NCBI GenBank assembly: GCA_964409765.1
Contig: CAYPEM010000007.1
Location: forward strand, 12,033-76,032
Length of the DNA stretch: 64,000 nucleotides
Direction: 5' to 3'
Source of the DNA: an uncultured Chitinophagaceae bacterium
GTDB lineage: Bacteria > Bacteroidota > Ignavibacteria > UBA10030 > UBA8401
Under the pieces are notes generated by a model. It searched no databases and was not told the DNA's origin. It saw nothing but the letters and a program-made list of their open reading frames with translations. A program made the position numbers and the translations under genes. Shown here piece by piece: positions 57,960 to 64,000 of the stretch (within the stretch, counting starts at the first letter, position 1; each line of letters opens with the position of its first letter).

Positions 57960-57988
57960 TAGGGACGTCACATGCGTCCCTATTTTTT
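57960..57988 (+). terminator. Rho-independent terminator abutting the hisB start codon
   Basis: TAGGGACG-TCACATG-CGTCCCTA followed by TTTTTT, ending 3 nt before ATG 57992. Confidence 0.8.
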
Positions 57989-57991
57989 CTT

Positions 57992-58576
57992 ATGCGAAAA
58001 GCCAAAATTAAACGAAAAACCAAAGAAACTGATATTGCTGTCTCCGTTGAACTGAATGGAAGCGGAAAATCTTCCATCAATACCGGTATTGGATTCCTCG
58101 ACCACATGCTCGACCTGTTTGCCAAGCATGGAATGTTCGATCTAACTGTTATTTGCAAAGGCGATCTCCACGTAGATGACCACCATACAACGGAAGATGT
58201 CGGTATTGCAATGGCAAAAGCATTTACCGATGCTCTTGGTGATAAAAAAGGAATTGCCCGATACGGAATGTCGTATGTTCCGATGGATGAATCTCTTGCC
58301 CGATGTGTGGTTGATCTGAGCGGTCGTTCTGCGCTGGTTTTTCATGCAGAATTCAACAGGAAAAAAGTCGGCGACCTTTCAACGGAGATGATTGAACATT
58401 TCTTTCTCTCTTTTGCCGAAAATTTAAAAGCCAACATTCATATTGAAGTGTTGTACGGAAAGAATACCCATCATAAAATAGAAGCTATTTATAAATCTTT
58501 CGCGCGTGCTATGCGTCAGGCGTGTGAAGTTGATCCGAGAGTAAAAGGAGTTCTTTCCACTAAAGGAAAGCTCTAA
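57992..58576 (+). CDS. hisB: Imidazoleglycerol-phosphate dehydratase (monofunctional)
   Basis: RKTKETDI, DDHHTTED and GKNTHHKIEA motifs. Confidence 0.95.
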   Translation: MRKAKIKRKTKETDIAVSVELNGSGKSSINTGIGFLDHMLDLFAKHGMFDLTVICKGDLHVDDHHTTEDVGIAMAKAFTDALGDKKGIARYGMSYVPMDESLARCVVDLSGRSALVFHAEFNRKKVGDLSTEMIEHFFLSFAENLKANIHIEVLYGKNTHHKIEAIYKSFARAMRQACEVDPRVKGVLSTKGKL

Positions 58577-58585
58577 AAGCAATTG

Positions 58586-58630
58586 ATAATTAACAATGGA
58601 TAATTAATAATATTCTTCATTGTTAATTAT
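58586..58630. repeat. AT-rich 13-bp perfect inverted repeat between hisB and hisH
   Basis: ATAATTAACAATG (58586-58598) and CATTGTTAATTAT (58618-58630). Confidence 0.5.
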
Positions 58631-58647
58631 TCATTATTAATTGGACT

Positions 58648-59244
58648 ATGATTGGTATAATAGATTATCATTTAAATAATTTACGATCGGTTCAAAAAGC
58701 GTTTGAGAAGGTGGGTGTAGAATCATTCATTTCGGATAGTGCTGTTGAACTTCGGAAGGCAGACAAATTAGTTCTTCCTGGTGTTGGTGCATTCGGTCAA
58801 GCGATGCAGAATTTACAGTTACTTGGTTTAGACAATGTAGTAAAAGAGCATACGGTGTCAGGAAAATATCTTTTGGGAATTTGCCTTGGAATGCAATTGC
58901 TCTTTACAAAGAGTTATGAGTTGGGTGAATTCAATGGGTTGAATTTGGTGAATGGTGAAGTAAAAGTGTTTCCTTCAACCGTTAAAGTTCCGCACATGGG
59001 ATGGAATCAAGTGGAGATTATTCGAAAATCCCCGATCTTGAAAAACGTAGAGGAGAAAAGCTTTGTGTATTTTGTTCATTCGTATTTTGTAAAACCAACA
59101 GAGAATGTGACGCTGACGCAGACAGAGTATGGTTTCAAATTTACATCCATTATTGAGCAAAAAAATATCTTTGGGATTCAATTTCATCCTGAAAAAAGTC
59201 AAACGACTGGTTTGCAATTATTAAAAAATTTTTCTGAATTATAA
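58648..59244 (+). CDS. hisH: Imidazole glycerol phosphate synthase, glutamine amidotransferase subunit
   Basis: GICLGMQLL (catalytic Cys) and GIQFHPEKS. Confidence 0.95.
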   Translation: MIGIIDYHLNNLRSVQKAFEKVGVESFISDSAVELRKADKLVLPGVGAFGQAMQNLQLLGLDNVVKEHTVSGKYLLGICLGMQLLFTKSYELGEFNGLNLVNGEVKVFPSTVKVPHMGWNQVEIIRKSPILKNVEEKSFVYFVHSYFVKPTENVTLTQTEYGFKFTSIIEQKNIFGIQFHPEKSQTTGLQLLKNFSEL

Positions 59245-60008
59245 TGCTTCTTATCTTACCAGCAATTGACATTAAAGACGGACGATGTGTCCGTTTAGTT
59301 CAAGGTGTTTCCGGCACGGAAAAGATCTATTCCGATGATCCGGTGCAGATGGCAATTCTGTGGCGCGGTGAAAATGCGAAAACGATCCATGTCGTTGATC
59401 TTGATGGAGCATTCGGCGGAGAGATGAAGAATCTTGATGTACTTCGAAGGATGATGAAAGCAGTTGATATTCCAATCCAAATCGGCGGTGGAATTCGCAC
59501 GTATGAACAGGTGAAACAGTTATTTGAAATTGGAGTCTATCGAGTTGTTCTTGGCACAGCGGCAATTGACGATCCGGAACTGGTGACAAAGTGTATAAAA
59601 GATTTTGGTGCACGTAAAATAGTTGTCGGCATTGATGCTAAGAATGGCGTTGTGATGACCAAGGGATGGAAAGAGAATACAGGCATCGAAGCGGTCTCTC
59701 TTGCTTTAAACATGAAAGCACTTGGAGTCTGCCGTGTTGTGTATACAGATATTTCCCGGGATGGAATGCTCACCGGTCCAAACTTTGAAGCAATGCAAAT
59801 TATGGCTCAAAAAACCGGATTAAAAATTACTGCGTCCGGTGGTGTATCGGGATATCAGGATCTGGTCAAATTACAGGAATTGGAAAAGTACGGAGTCGAT
59901 TCTGTCATAGTTGGAAAAGCGCTTTATGAGAATAGATTCTCATGCCAAGCGTTATGGAGAGCAAATGAACAAGAACTGGATGATCTAGGACCGACGAGAA
60001 GAATATAG
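59244..60008 (+). CDS. hisA: ProFAR isomerase
   Basis: LPAIDIKDGRCVRL, VVDLDGA and YTDISRDG motifs. Confidence 0.95.
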   Translation: MLLILPAIDIKDGRCVRLVQGVSGTEKIYSDDPVQMAILWRGENAKTIHVVDLDGAFGGEMKNLDVLRRMMKAVDIPIQIGGGIRTYEQVKQLFEIGVYRVVLGTAAIDDPELVTKCIKDFGARKIVVGIDAKNGVVMTKGWKENTGIEAVSLALNMKALGVCRVVYTDISRDGMLTGPNFEAMQIMAQKTGLKITASGGVSGYQDLVKLQELEKYGVDSVIVGKALYENRFSCQALWRANEQELDDLGPTRRI

Positions 60009-60767
60009 ATGCTTGCAAAACGGATTATTCCTTGTTTAGATGTCGATAAAGGCAGAGTTGTTAAAGGGACAAACTTTCTTGAATTAGTTGATGCCGGTGA
60101 TCCGATAGAACAGGCAAAGTTTTATGATAAAGAAGGTGCCGATGAACTGATCTTTCTTGACATCACGGCGTCATCCGACAATCGTTCGACAATGATCGAT
60201 GTTGTGAGAAGAACCGCGGAAGAAGTATCTATTCCTTTTACTATTGGCGGTGGGATTAGAACAACGGATGAAATGCGTGAAATGCTGAGAAGCGGAGCTG
60301 ATAAAGTGAGCATTAATACCGCTGCGGTAAAAAATCCGCAGCTCATTAATGATGGAGCGGAGAATTATGGCGTACAGTGTATGGTTGTGGCGATTGATGC
60401 AAAAAAAGTGATGAATAATAAATGGAAAGTATTTATCCACGGTGGACGAACCGAAACAAAATTAGACGTAATTGAATGGGCGCAGGAATGTGAAGAGCGG
60501 GGTGCGGGTGAGATCATGCTGACCAGTATGGATCGAGATGGAACACAAGACGGCTATGATATTGCCTTGCTGAAAAAAGTAACGAACTCCGTGAGAATTC
60601 CGGTGATTGCAAGCGGAGGTGCAGGAACACTGGAACATTTGTATGACGCTTTCAATCTTGCGGATGTTGATGCCGTTCTCGCAGCATCGATTTTTCATTT
60701 CCGGCAATTTACAATTACACAAGCAAAAGAATTTTTACGGTCAAAAAATATTTTAGTGAGAATATAA
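60009..60767 (+). CDS. hisF: Imidazole glycerol phosphate synthase, cyclase subunit
   Basis: [14 protein letters not shown] and [15 protein letters not shown] motifs. Confidence 0.97.
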   Translation: MLAKRIIPCLDVDKGRVVKGTNFLELVDAGDPIEQAKFYDKEGADELIFLDITASSDNRSTMIDVVRRTAEEVSIPFTIGGGIRTTDEMREMLRSGADKVSINTAAVKNPQLINDGAENYGVQCMVVAIDAKKVMNNKWKVFIHGGRTETKLDVIEWAQECEERGAGEIMLTSMDRDGTQDGYDIALLKKVTNSVRIPVIASGGAGTLEHLYDAFNLADVDAVLAASIFHFRQFTITQAKEFLRSKNILVRI

Positions 60768-60786
60768 GGTGTTTCTAACCTTGCAT

Positions 60787-60850
60787 CCTTCGACGCAGCC
60801 GCGACAATCATTCAGAGCAAGCGAAGCGTGTCGAAGAAGATTGTCGCGGC
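60787..60850. repeat. GC-rich structured element inside the his operon (hisF-hisI spacer)
   Basis: 12-bp perfect inverted repeat GCCGCGACAATC (60798-60809) / GATTGTCGCGGC (60839-60850), plus alternative CTTCGAC/GTCGAAG pairing. Shares CGAAGC and CAATC/GATTG cores with the 56.2-kb element. Confidence 0.6.
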
Positions 60851-60889
60851 TTTGCTCAGGATGACTTTTTGTTTCGATGAAAGACTATT

Positions 60890-61279
60890 ATGAAATTATT
60901 GGACGAAGTAAAATATGATTCCAACGGACTTATTCCGGCAATAGCGCAGGATGATAAGAGTGGTGATATTTTAATGATGGCGTGGATGAATCGTGAAAGT
61001 CTGGAAGAAACAGTGAAAACTAACCGTGCAGTGTATTTTAGCCGTTCACGTAAAAAGTTATGGCGCAAAGGAGAAGAATCCGGAAATGTGCAGGAAGTAA
61101 AATCCATCCATATCGATTGTGATAATGATGTGATCCTTCTCCGGGTTCATCAGGTCGGTGAAGCAGCATGTCATACAGGACATCGAACATGTTTCTATCG
61201 TGAAGTGACTGACGCGGGAAATAGTTACCAAGAGAAGAGCGATATCATGTTCAATCCTAAGGAAGTGTATAAAAAATGA
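60890..61279 (+). CDS. hisI: Phosphoribosyl-AMP cyclohydrolase (monofunctional, no HisE domain)
   Basis: [24 protein letters not shown] and CHTGHRTCF motifs; 129 aa. Confidence 0.9.
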   Translation: MKLLDEVKYDSNGLIPAIAQDDKSGDILMMAWMNRESLEETVKTNRAVYFSRSRKKLWRKGEESGNVQEVKSIHIDCDNDVILLRVHQVGEAACHTGHRTCFYREVTDAGNSYQEKSDIMFNPKEVYKK

Positions 61280-62181
61280 AAATAACCGTCATTGGACATT
61301 TTTGCGTCGATCTGTTTCACCGATTGGATGGAACAGAAGAAAAAAAATTTGGAGGAATATTCCACTCAGTTGCTGCGTTGGCTAATATAGCTGCAGACCG
61401 TGATACAATTTATCCAGTGTTTGGCGTGGGTGAGGCAGAATTCAATGAAGTGAAAAGTGTGCTTGCTCAATACAAGAATATAGACGACAGCGGAATTTTT
61501 CAATCGCCCGGTGAATCAAATTGTGTTCATTATTTTGATGACAACCCAAATGAGTGTTCGGCCCATATTGCAAAACCGATCCCATTTTCTCATATAAAAA
61601 AATATTTGAATGTGGATGGCGTGTATATCAATATGATTTCCGGCAAGGATATTACCATTGATACAATGGATGAGATCCGTTTGGAAGTTCGCGGTAAGAA
61701 ATGTCCGATCCATTTTGATATGCATTGTTTGACTTTGAGCGTGAATGAGGATGGAACCCGAACGAGTACACCAATGGCAGACTGGCGGCGATGGTGTTTC
61801 ATGACGGACAGTGTTCAGATGAATGAAGTAGAAGCAGCCGGAATTTCCGTGGAACATTTCAACGACGAACTTCTTGCCAAACAAATGATTCCGCTGATGG
61901 TGAAAGCATTCATCATTACCCGTGGTGCAAAAGGTGCAACGCTCTATCAGGAAGAGCATAAACAATTATTGGAAACCGAGATTGCAAGCGAAGCAAATCC
62001 CAACCCTGTTTCTACTATCGGATCGGGAGATATCTTTGGTGTCTCATTTCTGTATGCATATTTGAAAAAGAAGAATTATTTTGACGCTGCAACATTTGCC
62101 GAAAAAAGTTCAGCACACAGTACGAAATTTTCTTTGGAAGAGAAGCATGTGCAGTTGAAAGCGATGAGAGAGTTGTTATGA
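61276..62181 (+). CDS. PfkB/ribokinase-family carbohydrate or nucleoside kinase
   Basis: C-terminal TIGSGDIFG signature; ATGA overlap with hisI. Confidence 0.8.
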   Translation: MKITVIGHFCVDLFHRLDGTEEKKFGGIFHSVAALANIAADRDTIYPVFGVGEAEFNEVKSVLAQYKNIDDSGIFQSPGESNCVHYFDDNPNECSAHIAKPIPFSHIKKYLNVDGVYINMISGKDITIDTMDEIRLEVRGKKCPIHFDMHCLTLSVNEDGTRTSTPMADWRRWCFMTDSVQMNEVEAAGISVEHFNDELLAKQMIPLMVKAFIITRGAKGATLYQEEHKQLLETEIASEANPNPVSTIGSGDIFGVSFLYAYLKKKNYFDAATFAEKSSAHSTKFSLEEKHVQLKAMRELL

Positions 62182-63089
62182 AGCGAGTGCTGGTGTGCGG
62201 CAGCAACGGATTGCTTGGACAACGGCTGGCATTAGTCTTAGACGGTGAATCTGAGTATGAAGTCCTTCACACCTCACATCATCGTTCTTTTGTGAGCGAA
62301 CAGAATTTATTCGACTACACACAGTTGGATATTTCAAATCGCAGCGATGTGAAGAGTCTAATCTCTAGTTACCGGCCAGATATTGTCTTGAATGCTGCTG
62401 CAATGGCAAACGTCGATCATTGTGAGAAAGAACGAGAACAAGCCTGGAAAATGAACGTAACAGGAGTTGAACATCTTGTTGAAGTATGCAGAAGGATCGA
62501 CGCAAAACTGATCCACGTTTCGACCGATTATGTCTTTGATGGAAAATTGGGGAACTACAAAGAAGAGGATCGAGCGAATCCTGTTAATTATTACGGCAAG
62601 ACGAAGTTGGCGGGAGAGAATGTCATCATTTCAAGCGGAATTCGGTATGTGATTTTTCGGACGATTCTCCTGTATGGAATCGGCGTCCACGTGAAGAATA
62701 ATTTTGCATTATGGGTGATCAATAACCTTAATGAGGGAAAGCAGATACGTTGTGTTGAGGACCAGATCAGTAATCCAACGCATGTGAACGATCTTGCAAT
62801 GGCTATGAAGAATGTGATTGAAAAAAATGCCGGCGGTATGTTCCATATTTCAGGTCCGGAAAAGGTCAGCCGATATGATTTTGCATTGAAAATTGCAGAG
62901 ATTTTTGGATTTGACAAATCACTGATTATAAGAGTGAAGACTTCAGACCTCGAACAACGTGCGGTTCGTCCAATGAACACAACATTTAATATTGAGAAAG
63001 CGAAGAAACAACTTCACTATAGTCCAATGAGCTTAACGCAGGGATTGATGATGATGCAGCAAGATCTTACCGGAATCCATCTGAATTAA
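62178..63089 (+). CDS. rfbD: RmlD-family NAD(P)-dependent reductase (dTDP-4-dehydrorhamnose reductase-like)
   Basis: VCGSNGLLG, STDYVFDG and YGKTKLAGE motifs; ATGA overlap with the pfkB-like gene. Confidence 0.8.
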   Translation: MKRVLVCGSNGLLGQRLALVLDGESEYEVLHTSHHRSFVSEQNLFDYTQLDISNRSDVKSLISSYRPDIVLNAAAMANVDHCEKEREQAWKMNVTGVEHLVEVCRRIDAKLIHVSTDYVFDGKLGNYKEEDRANPVNYYGKTKLAGENVIISSGIRYVIFRTILLYGIGVHVKNNFALWVINNLNEGKQIRCVEDQISNPTHVNDLAMAMKNVIEKNAGGMFHISGPEKVSRYDFALKIAEIFGFDKSLIIRVKTSDLEQRAVRPMNTTFNIEKAKKQLHYSPMSLTQGLMMMQQDLTGIHLN

Positions 63090-63090
63090 T

Positions 63091-63891
63091 ATGAAAAAAA
63101 TTCTCTTCATTCCATTAGTACTTACAGCAGCGTTATATGTTGCGTCATGTTCATCGTCGGAAAAAACCAGTACTCTTGCTGATTCCTTAAAGACCTCTCC
63201 GAATATAATAACGAGTCAATTTAAGATGCTATCAGTAAATGCTCTTCACGGACTCAAAGAAAAGAGTGATGTCAAACAGTTTGCTGACTGGATAAAATCG
63301 ACAGGAGCGGAAGTTGTGACGGTGCAGCAGATCGAACGGGCGACCGAATCAAAACCGGGATTTGATGCATACAGTGAATTGTTAAGACGATTGGATATGC
63401 GCGGAACATTTTCGAAGGCAAGGTATTTTCAAGGGTGGGATTCCGGCAATGCATTATTTTGTCTCTATCCAATATTGCAATCCAATGTCTTCATGCTGCC
63501 GACTGGCAAGGGAAAAGTGCGCCGTGCAATGTCGTTTGGAGTGTTTGAAATGGGATTAAGTTCTTTAGCGTTCGGTTCTGCTGATCTGGATGATGAAGAG
63601 CTTTCGGAACGGACAAAACAGGTGCATGAGATATTGTCGATACAAAAATCGATGAAAGAATATCCGATGATCATCGGCGGTAATTTTGGCGAATCATCAA
63701 AAGGAAAAACTGCTGCAAAAATGGCAGAGCAATATTTCTGTGCAAATGGTGTAACTGAACAGACTATCGGATTAGAGCAACACATTTATGTTCCATCGAA
63801 CGGGAAAATGAAAGTGATTTCTGCTGAAAAAAAACATTTCAAACCTTTCAATACAACCGGAATTTTCGTTACCATTGAAGTAACACAATAA
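63091..63891 (+). CDS. Lipoprotein with EEP (endonuclease/exonuclease/phosphatase)-like pattern and substituted catalytic positions
   Basis: Lipobox LYVASC. LSVNALHG, VVTVQQI, GNALF and GGNFG mirror EEP motifs, but with Q for E and N for D. Confidence 0.45.
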   Translation: MKKILFIPLVLTAALYVASCSSSEKTSTLADSLKTSPNIITSQFKMLSVNALHGLKEKSDVKQFADWIKSTGAEVVTVQQIERATESKPGFDAYSELLRRLDMRGTFSKARYFQGWDSGNALFCLYPILQSNVFMLPTGKGKVRRAMSFGVFEMGLSSLAFGSADLDDEELSERTKQVHEILSIQKSMKEYPMIIGGNFGESSKGKTAAKMAEQYFCANGVTEQTIGLEQHIYVPSNGKMKVISAEKKHFKPFNTTGIFVTIEVTQ

Positions 63892-63908
63892 AGACTAAAA
63901 GGAATCGC

Positions 63909-64000
63909 ATGATAGATATTAAAGTTATTCGCGAACAAACAGAACTTGTAAAGAACGGCATTAAGGCAAAAAATGCCGAAGATAATATTGATGCCATTCT
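63909..64000 (+). CDS. serS: Seryl-tRNA synthetase, N-terminal 30 codons (continues beyond window)
   Basis: MIDIKVIREQTELVKNGIKAKNAEDNIDAI matches the conserved SerS N-terminal arm. AAGGA ribosome-binding site. Confidence 0.8.
   Translation, partial: MIDIKVIREQTELVKNGIKAKNAEDNIDAI

Noticed and set aside
61516-61965. 149-aa minus-strand ORF inside the pfkB-like gene
   Set aside because: It is an antisense shadow ORF with no ribosome-binding site or motif, and the sense gene carries the PfkB signature.
1-64000. CRISPR arrays, tRNA/rRNA genes, IS elements, integrases and prophage genes
   Set aside because: I scanned for regularly spaced direct repeats, GTTCGAATC-type T-loops, and transposase or integrase motifs in the ORF translations. 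None was found.

Overview
This 64-kb chromosomal window comes from an AT-rich diderm bacterium, judged by its outer-membrane beta-barrels, LspA, lipoproteins and nuo genes. Gene content is compatible with an FCB-group or Ignavibacteria-like organism, but I cannot verify that. I support about 70 protein-coding genes, densely packed and mostly housekeeping. In order they are: a recD2 fragment; a HIT protein and an M28 peptidase; a MarR-controlled quinone/aromatic detoxification island; a PAS histidine kinase with a sigma-54 activator; pckG; a CoA-transferase cluster; yggS-divIVA-PNP-ileS-dksA-like-lspA-rluD; mreCB-purHN; nuoABCDEF; class II RNR nrdJ; a lipid-related cluster; a WYL-regulator cluster; hisBHAF-hisI; and the start of serS. 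I saw no rRNA, tRNA, CRISPR array, IS element or phage genes. Several canonical sigma-70-like promoters (TTGACx-N17-TAtAtT) with adjacent palindromic operators can be read directly, as can many Rho-independent terminators. The most unusual locus is 49.06-54.42 kb. It holds three CheY-like receivers plus a duplicated module of receiver, ~107-aa double-zinc-ribbon protein and GspE/PilB-type ATPase, with no pilus or secretion partner genes. Both zinc-ribbon proteins end in a (S/T)QxD(I/L)DKLFE tail that resembles the CheY-docking peptides of CheZ and FliM. The second ATPase has lost its His box. The second notable locus is 39.3-48.8 kb, an operator-controlled lipid cluster. It contains a KAS III-like protein lacking the catalytic His and Asn, an acyl-ACP desaturase, and an uncharacterised lipoprotein / beta-barrel pair. 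All functional calls rest on motif recognition in the supplied translations; no database search was possible.
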